Shown piece by piece: positions 1 through 9,892 of a stretch of 32,000 bases of DNA (the first letter of the stretch is position 1; each line of letters starts with the position of its first letter). The stretch is from Prevotella phage Lak-A1: sequence record MK250016.1; one strand, written 5' to 3'. A model generated the notes under the pieces. It saw only the letters and a program-made list of their open reading frames with translations, searched no databases and was not told the DNA's origin. The position numbers and the translations under genes were made by a program.

Positions 1-29
1 CGGTTGTGGTTCGAATCCACATACAGACA
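1..29 (+). tRNA. 3' part of a tRNA truncated by the window edge (T-arm TGTGG-TTCGAAT-CCACA plus 3' acceptor strand)
   Basis: Perfect 5-bp T-stem around the canonical TTCGAAT loop at positions 5-21. The 5' half and anticodon are outside the window. Confidence 0.6.
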
Positions 30-263
30 CGACTTATTAATGATGAAAAGTCTGCACTTAACAAAATATAAAAAACATTTTAATGTACTGTTGATTATAT
101 GTTTTAATTTTGTTAAATAAGAGATTATTGTAAATTATAGAAATTTACAAATCGAGGGGAACGCATAACGGCAATTATGTTAGTACTTGGCGTTTAATGA
201 AATGAATATGTATATTTGCCGATATGCATATGAGTGACATTAAATGATAAAATTATAATAGTG

Positions 264-345
264 TAGCGGTTCGCACGCCCGTTGGTAAAACGGGAAGGGT
301 TTATGTTTGAAAGCATATTAGGGGTTCGACTCCCGCTTATAAACA
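264..345 (+). tRNA. possible unusual or degenerate tRNA / tRNA-like RNA
   Basis: T-arm-like GGGG-TTCGACT-CCC, a GTTGGTA D-loop-like string inside the hairpin CCCGTTGGTAAAACGGG, and spacing roughly tRNA-sized. I could not pair a clean acceptor stem. Confidence 0.3.
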
Positions 346-567
346 ATTAAATTACATAATGTTCTCACGAAGAGCGAGCATCGGAAGGTGAGCAATTTAG
401 AAAGATGTTTAAGAGTGATCATATTAAATTGATTTCTAACAGAAATACGGTGACGTAGGAGCTGAAAAAGAACAAACGTATGGTAATGTTAGCATTATGT
501 ATTTAAAAAATATTAGTCCTCACAGACTTTACATTTTTTATAACTTTAAAATTTTGAATTTAATATT

Positions 568-603
568 AAATCCGATGCTTGTGGTAAGTATCGGATTTTT
601 TTA
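568..603 (+). terminator. intrinsic terminator
   Basis: AAATCCGAT ... ATCGGATTT hairpin followed by a T-run, between the RNA-like region and the first CDS. Confidence 0.75.
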
Positions 604-619
604 ATTCATAAAAAATATG

Positions 620-627
620 TATCTTTG
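620..627 (+). promoter_or_regulatory. possible Bacteroidetes-type -7 element (TATCTTTG, matches TAnnTTTG)
   Basis: Short motif match about 30 nt upstream of the 658 start codon. No convincing -33 TTTG seen. Confidence 0.3.
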
Positions 628-657
628 TAATATATTAAATAATAATTAAATAATTAA

Positions 658-1818
658 ATGATTAAGAATATAGGAATTTGTTTTGGTGGTTATTGTCCTA
701 TGCATCAGGGACATCTTGACCTTATAATGAAAGCAAAGAAAGAAAATGATATTTGTTATGTGGTTGTTTGTGGTTATACAGATGAACCACGAGGTAATGA
801 ATTAGGTCTTAATATTAATAATAGAAAAAGACTTATTAAAGAGTTTTTTAAAAATGATGAACTTATTCGAGTTCTTACTGTAAATGATACAGAATTAGGT
901 ATTGATGAAAGTATGTCTGAACATAATTGGAAAGTATGGACAGATTATGTAAAATATCAAATTACAGATGATCTTCTAGGTGGAGGTCCGACATTTCCAT
1001 TTAGTCCAGATGAAAGGATTAAAGCGCATGAATTGAAACTTACATTCTATGTTGGTGAAAAGTTCTATGTTGAATCATTGAATAAATTAAATATTAATGC
1101 AGTGTTAGTTGGTTACGATGAGAATTCTCCATCTAATAGAAGTAATGATATATCAGCAACATATATTAGACAAAATCCTCAATATTATTGGGATAAGATT
1201 GTATCAACATTTAAACCTGCATTAACAAAGAAAATTCTTGTATTAGGTACAGCATCAGAAGGGAAATCAACACTTGTTAAAGATATTGGTAATTATTTTA
1301 ATATACCATATACAACAGAATTCGGTAGGGATTATATGGAGAAACATTGTATGTTAGATCCTGATATTACTGTAAATGATTTTGTTGAATTCCTTATTGG
1401 ACAGAGACAATACTATTTTGATGCTTTGAATGATAAAGGAAATAAGGGCGTTATCATTTCAGATACAGATAATCTCGTTACACTTATGTATGCAAAAGCA
1501 TATGTATCTGATAATAATATGCAAATTACTGAAGATGAATATAACAATATATTGAAACCACTTGCAAAATCATTACAAACAGGTGTTTCATGGGATGTAA
1601 TTTATCTTATCAAACCGCATAATAAATTTGTTGATGATGGAACACGTTACATGAATCAATCTTCAATAGATGAGAGAATGAAGAATTATAAAATTCTTTT
1701 ATCATTACTTGAAGAGTTTGGTTTACTTGATAAAGTAATTGAATTGAATGGTTCTTATATGGATCATTTTAATTATGTTAAGGATTATATCACAAAATTA
1801 TATGATAAAGAAAATTAA
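658..1818 (+). CDS. nadR: NadR-like bifunctional nicotinamide-nucleotide adenylyltransferase / ribosylnicotinamide kinase
   Basis: N-terminal nucleotidyltransferase signature GGYCPMHQGHLDLI and C-terminal P-loop GTASEGKSTLVKDIGNYF followed by TTEFGRDY. Directly overlaps a pnuC-like gene. Confidence 0.88.
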   Translation: MIKNIGICFGGYCPMHQGHLDLIMKAKKENDICYVVVCGYTDEPRGNELGLNINNRKRLIKEFFKNDELIRVLTVNDTELGIDESMSEHNWKVWTDYVKYQITDDLLGGGPTFPFSPDERIKAHELKLTFYVGEKFYVESLNKLNINAVLVGYDENSPSNRSNDISATYIRQNPQYYWDKIVSTFKPALTKKILVLGTASEGKSTLVKDIGNYFNIPYTTEFGRDYMEKHCMLDPDITVNDFVEFLIGQRQYYFDALNDKGNKGVIISDTDNLVTLMYAKAYVSDNNMQITEDEYNNILKPLAKSLQTGVSWDVIYLIKPHNKFVDDGTRYMNQSSIDERMKNYKILLSLLEEFGLLDKVIELNGSYMDHFNYVKDYITKLYDKEN

Positions 1819-2467
1819 TAATATATTATATTCAGAGTTTATAGAAGGAAGAAATATTAATGAACATTTGTTTATGCTCATTGGTATTTTCCTTCAATTA
1901 ATTGCATGGTATATAACTAAAGATTCATTAATTTCTTTAATATCGGGTGTAACTGGTATTATATCTGTTATATTATGTTCACAAAGAAAGATTTCATTTT
2001 ATTTCTTTGGCTTTATACAGTTAGGAACATATATGTATCTTGCATGGCAGCAAAGATTTTATGGTGAATTAATAGAGAATGTATTTTATATTATTACTAT
2101 GTTAATAGGTATTGTAGTATGGTTAAAAAATTATAATACTGAAGAACAAATAGTAGAATCTAAAAGACTTTCTGATAGGTTATTCTATATAATATGTAGT
2201 ATAATGGTGTTTATCTGTGTATTATTTGGTTATTATATGAAATACTTTACAGATAATACACAACCATTTATGGATTCATTTTCAACAGTACCTGCATTTA
2301 TAGCGCAGACATTGTTAATGTTACGATATAGAGAACAATGGATATTCTGGATTATAATTGATGTTGTTTCTATATTCATGTGGATGTTTGCTGATAATTG
2401 GATAATGGTTATTCAATTTATATTTTGGACAATGAATTGCATATATGGTTATAGAAAATGGAAATAA
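1802..2467 (+). CDS. pnuC: PnuC-like nicotinamide riboside transporter
   Basis: Multi-TM protein with the SxxTGxxxVxLxxxxxxxxxxFG / YxxxAWQQRFYGE / WLKNYN pattern of PnuC. The ATG at 1802 (MIKKINNILYSEF) is a better start than 1748. Overlaps nadR by 17 nt. Confidence 0.82.
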   Translation: MIKKINNILYSEFIEGRNINEHLFMLIGIFLQLIAWYITKDSLISLISGVTGIISVILCSQRKISFYFFGFIQLGTYMYLAWQQRFYGELIENVFYIITMLIGIVVWLKNYNTEEQIVESKRLSDRLFYIICSIMVFICVLFGYYMKYFTDNTQPFMDSFSTVPAFIAQTLLMLRYREQWIFWIIIDVVSIFMWMFADNWIMVIQFIFWTMNCIYGYRKWK

Positions 2468-2482
2468 TAAAAATAAAATAAT

Positions 2483-2728
2483 ATGACATTTGTTATTATA
2501 GTAATAGTTATTTGCTTAACTGTATATGGTATTATGGCATCTAAACATAATGCAGAAGAAAGTAAAGCATTTTGGGGTGATCATTCAGATTCATCTGATG
2601 TTAAGAAATTAAAGTCAAGAATGAAACTTTTGATTGATAGAGTAGATTTACTTGAGGAACGAATTAATAAGTTAGATGGACAGAGTTTAAAATCAAGAAT
2701 TGATAGAAAAACATTTAATAGCAATTAA
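2483..2728 (+). CDS. small protein with one N-terminal TM segment and a coiled-coil tail
   Basis: Hydrophobic TFVIIVIVICLTVYGIM followed by the heptad-like LKSRMKLLIDRVDLLEERINKL. Confidence 0.6.
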   Translation: MTFVIIVIVICLTVYGIMASKHNAEESKAFWGDHSDSSDVKKLKSRMKLLIDRVDLLEERINKLDGQSLKSRIDRKTFNSN

Positions 2729-2731
2729 TAT

Positions 2732-3199
2732 ATGAAAGCAGAAAGAACAAATTTTGAAGTTTTTGATTGGATGAAAGAACATCAAAAAGAGTATAATTAT
2801 AGTGATGAATTTATTAATGTATATAAGGACTGTTATTTTTTGAAACGTCTCGAAGGAAAAGTATTTAAAGGTGAATTTTGTGGATATAAAGTAACACCTG
2901 ATAATTCAGATAAATCTTATTTTGTAGAAGAAGGAATTAGAGGATGTGAACGAGGATTTTTTACTGTACTTGATAATAAACTTATTAAACTTGAATTTGA
3001 TTCAGTACAGGATGAATTGTGGTTTAGTAATAAGTATAAGAAAAATGAGAATTCAATTATAGAAAAGTATATCAATCCTAAATTGAAATATCTTACAGAA
3101 TTCTTGAAACTTGAAACACTTACAGATAATGAAAGAATGATGATTAATGATCATATTCAATCATTAGAGTTTATTATTAATTCACTTTATAAAATTTAA
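2732..3199 (+). CDS. hypothetical protein
   Basis: 155-aa ORF tightly spaced in the same-strand operon. Confidence 0.7.
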   Translation: MKAERTNFEVFDWMKEHQKEYNYSDEFINVYKDCYFLKRLEGKVFKGEFCGYKVTPDNSDKSYFVEEGIRGCERGFFTVLDNKLIKLEFDSVQDELWFSNKYKKNENSIIEKYINPKLKYLTEFLKLETLTDNERMMINDHIQSLEFIINSLYKI

Positions 3200-3210
3200 T
3201 TTTATTTAAT

Positions 3211-3372
3211 ATGAGTTTTCTTACATATTTTTTAATTGCTTATGGTATTATTTCAACCATTTCTATTTGTGTATTTGCATATGAAATAAAACATGCACGT
3301 AATATTGATTCTAATGCATGTTTTTTAAGAGGTGATATATCAAAAGATGCATTTAATAATAAAACAAAGTAA
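3211..3372 (+). CDS. small membrane protein (53 aa)
   Basis: ORF read by hand: MSFLTYFLIAYGIISTISICVFAYEIKHARNIDSNACFLRGDISKDAFNNKTK, ending in TAA, collinear with neighbours. Confidence 0.55.
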   Translation: MSFLTYFLIAYGIISTISICVFAYEIKHARNIDSNACFLRGDISKDAFNNKTK

Positions 3373-3397
3373 TTAATATATTAAAATTATAAGATTC

Positions 3398-4159
3398 ATG
3401 GCGTATATAGATAAAACCTATATAGTTGATTATCAGCAGTTTAAAGAAGTTCGAGACTGGTGTAAAGGTAAGATTGTCGAACTTCCTAATGGCCTTAAAT
3501 ATCATGCAGAGAATTTTTTGAATGATAAAGATATGTCAGAAGAGTATTTCAATAATTGGAAGAATGAAATTATTGAAAATCGAATGAGGACTTATGGAGA
3601 GACATATGAAAAGGCATATAAAAATGCAGAAATTCCATTATGGAATACACCATATTACTTTGATATATGGCTTATAAAGAATTGTCCTATACAATTTATA
3701 CAGGATCGACTTAAATATCAATATGATGATGAATATGAGCAGATTAAAAATGGGACATCATCATATGATACATATAAGAGAAATGGTCTTGGAAAGAATT
3801 TTCATTATAAAGTAATTCGCAAACCAAATTGGAACCCACGTTATAAATTCACTTATGTTGATCGACTCGGTAATGATAAGTGTTATAAGGAAAATCAAAA
3901 ACCGTGGTGGCTTATCACTATTGAAGATACTAAAACAGTAAATCCAATTTCATGGTGGGTAAATACTGAACATAATTATTGGACATGTTCAGAAGAAGGA
4001 CTTCCATTTAATAGTAATATGCTGGATATAAAGAGGAAGAATCTTAATATTCATGCTATCATCAGAATGATTAAGAAATGGGATTTACCTGTCGGCTCAC
4101 AAGTTAAGGTATTAAATAGATATTTCAATTACGGTTGGATTATTAATATTAAAAAATAA
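3398..4159 (+). CDS. hypothetical protein (W/Y-rich, 253 aa)
   Basis: Long ORF ending just before a strong terminator. Confidence 0.75.
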   Translation: MAYIDKTYIVDYQQFKEVRDWCKGKIVELPNGLKYHAENFLNDKDMSEEYFNNWKNEIIENRMRTYGETYEKAYKNAEIPLWNTPYYFDIWLIKNCPIQFIQDRLKYQYDDEYEQIKNGTSSYDTYKRNGLGKNFHYKVIRKPNWNPRYKFTYVDRLGNDKCYKENQKPWWLITIEDTKTVNPISWWVNTEHNYWTCSEEGLPFNSNMLDIKRKNLNIHAIIRMIKKWDLPVGSQVKVLNRYFNYGWIINIKK

Positions 4160-4163
4160 AATT

Positions 4164-4201
4164 AGAAGGATGTTATTTAGACGGTTAAATAACATCCTTC
4201 T
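4164..4201 (+). terminator. bidirectional-looking intrinsic terminator
   Basis: Perfect 16-bp stem AGAAGGATGTTATTTA/TAAATAACATCCTTCT followed by TTTT. Confidence 0.85.
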
Positions 4202-4239
4202 TTTATTATAAATATAAAAAATGGGATTAATACTTATAT

Positions 4240-5289
4240 ATGAATAAACAAATCAAGCAATTGTTAGAAAATTTATTTGATGATTATGATGACTTAATAT
4301 AGGATGATAATGATAATATTGAAAAAGATTCCATAGGTAAGAAAATAACTGATGAAGATATAAAGAAAAAAGTAAAAGAATGGTTGCGTTATAATATTGC
4401 ATCAAGTCCAGAAAATAATAATATAGATAGAAATCTTACTTTTGAATATATTGATGACATACTTTATTGTAATTTACATTTTAATGGTTATATGACAGTA
4501 TTTATGAGTGAAATACCTGATTATGTAAAGATTAATAAAATTACATGTAAAGATATTAAATTTAATAGTTTATATAATTTACCGAAGGAAATAGATGGAG
4601 ATATGCTTATAGATGGTTATAATCATACGAAATTAATTGGTAATTTCCCCGAAAAAATAGGTTGTTTAAAGATATGGAATTCAAAAATAAAATCATTGGA
4701 AGGACTCAATGATAATTGTGGTTCTATTGAATCATTAGAGATTGAGGCATGCAATAATTTCCAATATTTTATGGGTATTCCAGAAAATGTAGGACGTGTT
4801 TCTATACAAGAATGTAATAAACTTCAAAATTTAATAGGATTACCAGAATCTGTTGATGATATAGAGTTAACAGATTTAAGGAAATTTTCAAGTTTAGAAG
4901 GATGTCCAAAAGAGTTAAAAGGAGATTTACGTATAACAGATTGTAAAAAATTATTATCATTAAAATATATTTCATCTTTAATCATAGGAGATTGTTCTGT
5001 TACGTATACAGGTATAGAACATCTTGATATGACTGAATCAAATACAAGAGTTATAGGAGACTTTAATGTTTCTAATAATAAGTTAGTTGATTTAAGTAAT
5101 GGACCAGAAGATGTAAGAGGTAATTATGATTGTGCATATAACTCAAAATTGACATGTTTAAATGCGCAAGATACACTTATGTCTGGATATAAGAAAACAT
5201 TTGATTGTACGAAAAATAGAAGACTAAAAACATTATAGGGATTACCTATGATGATTAAAGGAGATATAATAGTAAATACAGATTTATAA
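4240..5289 (+). CDS. LRR-like repeat protein, 349 aa when TAG is read as Gln
   Basis: Same-frame extension of 4384..5238 through two TAG codons, one near the N-terminus (DDLI-Q-DDND) and one after KTL. TAA stop. Repeats such as LKSLEGLND.., LQNLIGLPESVDDIELTDL, FSSLEGCPKELKG. Confidence 0.8.
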
Positions 5290-5376
5290 AAATTAAATAC
5301 GTCATACAAATAATATATATGTTATAAGTAAACTATTTGATAAATATAAAAATTATATTAAACAATTTATATATGA

Positions 5377-6408
5377 ATAAACTTATTAGAAAATCTATTT
5401 GATGATTATGACGATATAATATAGAATGATAATGATGATATTGGAGATGATCTTATAGCTAAAAAGTTAAAAGAGGAAGAGTAGTAGAAAGTAAAAGAAT
5501 GGCTTTGTAATAATATCTCAACTAACAAATATGAAGTGTTTCTTAATAATATAGATAAATACGTTACATTTGAATATATTGACGGTATACTTTATTGCAA
5601 TTTAGAGTTTATTGATTCTATAACAAAATTTAAAAGTCCAATACCAGATTATGTAAAGATTAATAAAATTAAAGGTCACGGTCACATTACATTTAAGAGT
5701 TCATATAATTTACCAAAAGAAATAGAAGGAACTATGTGTATAAAAAGTAATGAGACAAAAATTATTGGTCCTTTCCCACAAAAAATTAAAGTCTTATGTA
5801 TAAAGTGCCCAAAATTAAAGTCATTAAAAGGCCTTAATGATAATTGTGTTTCTATTGGTAAATTATATATAGATAATAGTTTGAATTTACAAGATTTAAC
5901 AGGTTTACCAGATTCTGTCAACTATTTATAGTTGACTTATTGCAATTTTCCAAATTTAAAAGGATGTCCAAAACAATTAAATGTTTTAAACATACAAGAA
6001 TGTAATAAACTTGAAAACCTTATAGGATGTCCAGAAACTATTGAAAAAATAGATTTGTTAAATTTAGAAAATTTTTCAAGTTTAGAAGGATGTCCAAAAC
6101 AATTAGATGGATTGGATATATGTGGTTGTGAAAAATTAAAATCATTAAAATATATTTCTCCTTTAATAGGGAAAGGTGGATTAGGTGTTTCACGCTCAGG
6201 CTTAGTTGATTTAAGTAATGGTCCAAAAGAGATAGAAGGTAATTATTATTGCAATACTAATCCAAATTTGAAACGTTTAAATGCACAAGATACAGTTATG
6301 ACGGGACATGAGACTGCATTTCATTGTTATAATAATGATAGCTTAAAAAGATTAAAGGGATTACCTAAGATGAAATACAAAGATATAAAAATAAAGACTG
6401 ATTTATAA
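5377..6408 (+). pseudogene. tandem paralog of 4240..5289 whose only nearby ATG (5373) is out of frame
   Basis: Open frame continues through TAGs, including a TAG-TAG pair and the one at 5929..5931, and is strongly similar along its length (LLENLFDDYDD, FEYIDGILYCNLEF, LEGCPKQL). ATG 5373 runs into TGA in its own frame. May instead use a non-ATG start. Confidence 0.6.
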
Positions 6409-6413
6409 AAAGA

Positions 6414-6454
6414 AATGAGGAATTAAACATTTTTGAAGTGTTTAATTCCTCATT
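6414..6454 (+). terminator. long terminator between convergent genes
   Basis: Perfect 16-bp stem AATGAGGAATTAAACA/TGTTTAATTCCTCATT. Confidence 0.85.
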
Positions 6455-6475
6455 ATTATTTTGTTAATATATTAA

Positions 6476-7276
6476 TTACTTTCCATAGTGGATGTAATCA
6501 ATAAGTGCATTTGTATCAAGATTAGACTCAATTGCCTCCTGATCGTTAACTTCCTTAAGAGCTGCAATAACAGCCTTAAGCAACTTACTACGACGAGCAA
6601 GAAGGTCTGCACGCTGCTTCTGTGACCACTCACCAGTAAAACGCTGATGTGTATAATCACCAACCTCAACTGTCTTCTTACGCTGAACAACTGCTGCACG
6701 ATAGTTTGCAGGAATATTAGCAGGGTCGATATTAGGATCTCGAAGAATTTCCTCAGTTGTTTCTGTTGTACGAGAAACACCCTTTACAAGTTCATTCTCA
6801 AGAATTTCACGATTACCATATTCTGCATTATTTGTAGGTTTCCAAATTTCAGAATCTGAATAAACAGGGATTCTCTCATACATTGTTACGAGTTCTTTTG
6901 ATGTAAGAATACTCTTAAGACGCATAAGATCAAGAGCCGTCAACTCACCGAATGAATGACCATCTACAACAAGCTCAACCTTACGAGCACCCATAGAGTT
7001 TGTAGCCTCAACAGAGAATACCTCATTAAGATAATTTGTTGCAATATTCTTAAACCAATCAAGCTGTTCTGATACAGTTGTCTGAACTGCTGTTACACCC
7101 TTCTTTGTAGGATCATCTGGATAACCCTCACGTGGGATATATGTCTTCTTCTCTCCGCGGAATGCGCCCTGTGCATTCTTAAAATACTGTGCATACTCAT
7201 TTACCTCTTTTGCATACACTGATGCAGAATGGTCGACCTTTGCAAGGACGACATTCATCTTTTCTACTTTTGCCAT
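6476..7276 (-). CDS. hypothetical protein (266 aa)
   Basis: Long ORF with codon usage and composition similar to the structural genes; ATG start. Confidence 0.85.
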   Translation of the reverse strand: MAKVEKMNVVLAKVDHSASVYAKEVNEYAQYFKNAQGAFRGEKKTYIPREGYPDDPTKKGVTAVQTTVSEQLDWFKNIATNYLNEVFSVEATNSMGARKVELVVDGHSFGELTALDLMRLKSILTSKELVTMYERIPVYSDSEIWKPTNNAEYGNREILENELVKGVSRTTETTEEILRDPNIDPANIPANYRAAVVQRKKTVEVGDYTHQRFTGEWSQKQRADLLARRSKLLKAVIAALKEVNDQEAIESNLDTNALIDYIHYGK

Positions 7277-7379
7277 AATTTACTAAAATTAAATGTTAAT
7301 GTTAAAACTAAATTTATTATATATACATGTGTTATAGAGAAAAGTCTAATTATAAATAGAATAAAATTATATCTTATAT

Positions 7380-8081
7380 ATGAATATAGATGAGTTATTA
7401 CAGGAATTAACAAATAATTTATTATATGAAGTAAATGAATATGAAAAACATAAAGAATATAGAAAAGATTATCGTAGTAGACTAAGGTATTATTTTACAT
7501 TAGAAGAACAATTAGGATTATATGTATATAATTATTATAAAGGATGTATATCATCAAGAAAATTAGTAAATATATCTGAATTAATTAATGATAATATATC
7601 AAATTTAAATGTAGATATATTCACACATTATTATATGAAAGTAGATTATAATAATAACATACCACATTATATAATATATCAAGAAAATAATGGTATACCT
7701 ATTTATATACAATTATATAATAATTCAGAGCAACATAAAGAAGATTTTATAAGTAATAATAAGATTATAATTTATATAGAGTTAAATGAGTTAAAAGAAA
7801 GTAAAGATACATTTATATATTATGCAATTAAATACCATTTTAAATATGTAATTAATAAAGTTTGTAAATATAATATTAATTATGTATTACAAAGAAATGA
7901 ATTAAATAATATTTTAACATTATATAAAAATATTGAAACTAATAATTATAAAGATTTAAAAGAATATTTGCAAAATTTAAATAATAATGAAATAATAAAA
8001 TATTGTGAGTATAAAGTATATTAGGATTTTATGATATATTATAATTATAATAATATTTTAAATACTTATCATATATTTGAA
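7380..8081 (+). CDS. hypothetical protein; TAG read-through extends it to 233 aa ending in TGA
   Basis: ORF 7380..8024 ends at TAG 8022..8024. The same frame continues QDFMIYYNYNNIFKYLSYI then TGA at 8079..8081. Confidence 0.65.
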
Positions 8082-8086
8082 TTTTA

Positions 8087-8414
8087 TGTATATAAAATTA
8101 ATAGATTATATGATAATTAGGATTATTTATCTATATTTCTATTAGGTAAATTATTATAGAAACAGTATTTAATATATAATAAAGTAACAATAAATGATCA
8201 ATTTATAAATCATTATATTGAATGTTGTAAAAAATCTGATAGAAAATCAAATAGTTATAAACATAAATATCAATTAATAGCATTATATATTTGTGATATT
8301 CTATATATGAAAGCAAGCAAATATCGTACATATATCTATAATACAGTAAGTGATGTATTAACTAAAAAACATATAAATTTTAATCCATTTAAATATTATG
8401 ATAACAGTAAATAA
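8087..8414 (+). CDS. possible small hypothetical protein (approximate coordinates)
   Basis: The ORF track misses it. The region from about 8160 reads ..QYLIYNKVTINDQFINHYIECCKKSDRKSNSYKHKYQLIALYICDILYMKASKYRTYIYNTVSDVLTKKHINFNPFKYYDNSK then TAA. The start and 5' frame are uncertain and would need TAG as Gln. Confidence 0.35.
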
Positions 8415-8922
8415 GTCTATAGATATAAATAAGGAATCATATCCGAAATGTCCATACAGTAAAGAATTATGTGATCCAAATATATTGTTTAATGATTATG
8501 CTATTAATAAGAAAGATAAATGTATATCATGTAAATATTGGAGATCTAATTATGATTATATAGTTAATAAACATTTAGAAGATGTAAAGAAGAATCCTAA
8601 TTCAAATTATAATATTATTGTTAATGAAGTAAACAGAAATGGAGGAAAGTATATAAAATTTGATAATGATGATATTGGGTTTTTGATTTGTGCGACATCT
8701 ACAATAGAAGATTATTACTATATGTATATGGATAAAGACAGAAATATTAAAATGTCATCATGTGTCGGTGGATATGAAATTATAGAATCTCCAGAAACAA
8801 TACAGAATCTCTCTGTATTGAGTTATATTCGCAAACATGATAAAATGTATATCAAAGAAAAAATAACGCGATACATAAAGAATTTGAAATATGATAAAGT
8901 AATAACTAATATATTTTATTAA
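8398..8922 (+). CDS. Cys-containing hypothetical protein (174 aa)
   Basis: Long ORF; motif CPYSKELCDP...KDKCISCKYW suggests a small metal-binding knuckle. Confidence 0.7.
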   Translation: MITVNKSIDINKESYPKCPYSKELCDPNILFNDYAINKKDKCISCKYWRSNYDYIVNKHLEDVKKNPNSNYNIIVNEVNRNGGKYIKFDNDDIGFLICATSTIEDYYYMYMDKDRNIKMSSCVGGYEIIESPETIQNLSVLSYIRKHDKMYIKEKITRYIKNLKYDKVITNIFY

Positions 8923-8999
8923 TAAATATTTAAATGATTAAATATAAGTTTTATATTTAAATAAATATAACAAATAAAAATATATTTTTAATTGTAAAG

Positions 9000-9446
9000 A
9001 TGAAAGTTAAAGATAAGAAAGCATTATATGAATCCATCATGATGAATGTATCAAAGATGGTTAAGAAAGCCATAAATGAATATGGTGACGGTATTGATGC
9101 AGAAGATGAAATCGTTGATGACGAACCAATGGATGATGATATTACTGTATATGTCCCATTGGTTGGTTGTGAGTGTAAATGTATTCTTTGTAATGATGAG
9201 GATGGAAATTCATATTATGAGGTTCATGATGATAATGATGATTATGTATGTGAAGTTCATGATGATGTTGATCCAGAGGATGAAGATGCATTGGTTTCTG
9301 CTATTGAAGATAATTATCAGTGGGAAACACAGTCTGGTGATTATGAGGATGTAGATCCATTGGGACCTTCAGATGATGATGAAGATTCTGATGATATGGA
9401 TGATGCATTTGATGATTATGAGGATGAAGAAGATTATGATGTTTAA
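9000..9446 (+). CDS. very acidic Asp/Glu-rich protein (148 aa)
   Basis: ORF with an extended D/E-rich C-terminus (DDEDSDDMDDAFDDYEDEEDYDV). Confidence 0.75.
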   Translation: MKVKDKKALYESIMMNVSKMVKKAINEYGDGIDAEDEIVDDEPMDDDITVYVPLVGCECKCILCNDEDGNSYYEVHDDNDDYVCEVHDDVDPEDEDALVSAIEDNYQWETQSGDYEDVDPLGPSDDDEDSDDMDDAFDDYEDEEDYDV

Positions 9447-9450
9447 ATAA

Positions 9451-9810
9451 ATGAAACGGATTATTAATATAAGACCTTTATCAGAAGAAACTATGCGAAA
9501 ATCTTTTGGTGCTTCAATGGAAGATAAGTTGAGGGAATTGAAAGATGAGATTAAAGACAGCAGGTTATTGGAAGATACATTGTCATTTCCTATTGGGCGT
9601 GAAGTTTATGTTGATCCGACCGCGGGTATGCGATATAAGATGTTGGGTGGACATTTATCATATGCCGGTATGAGTCTCAATCAGTTGGATTAGCAGTTAT
9701 ATTCTGATTTGGTTTCCGGTAGACAAACTGTTGATGCAGTATTAGATACCTGGAAAAATAAAAGGGTTAAAAAAATGAACTTTTCTTCAGGAAAAATGAA
9801 GAAAAAGTAA
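9451..9810 (+). CDS. hypothetical protein, 119 aa with TAG read as Gln
   Basis: ORF 9451..9693 ends in TAG, but the frame continues QLYSDLVSGRQTVDAVLDTWKNKRVKKMNFSSGKMKKK to TAA. Confidence 0.7.
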
Positions 9811-9833
9811 GATAAAACTATAAAAAATTAAAT

Positions 9834-9882
9834 AAAAATGAGAATTAATAAAATATACGAAATTTTATTAATTCTCATTTTT
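9834..9882 (+). terminator. very long hairpin between convergent genes
   Basis: Perfect 21-bp stem AAAAATGAGAATTAATAAAAT/ATTTTATTAATTCTCATTTTT. Confidence 0.85.
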
Positions 9883-9892
9883 TAATTATTAT

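Noticed and set aside
5124-6226. Minus-strand ORFs 5124..5309, 5682..5921, 6038..6226
   Set aside because: Opposite-strand shadows of the LRR-like genes.
6472-6859. ORFs 6472..6780 and 6647..6859
   Set aside because: Overlap the 266-aa minus-strand CDS in other frames with biased, non-protein-like composition.
9076-9354. ORF MNMVTVLMQKMKSLMTNQWMM...
   Set aside because: Alternative frame of the acidic protein at 9000..9446; GATGAT read as ATGATG gives Met/Ile runs.
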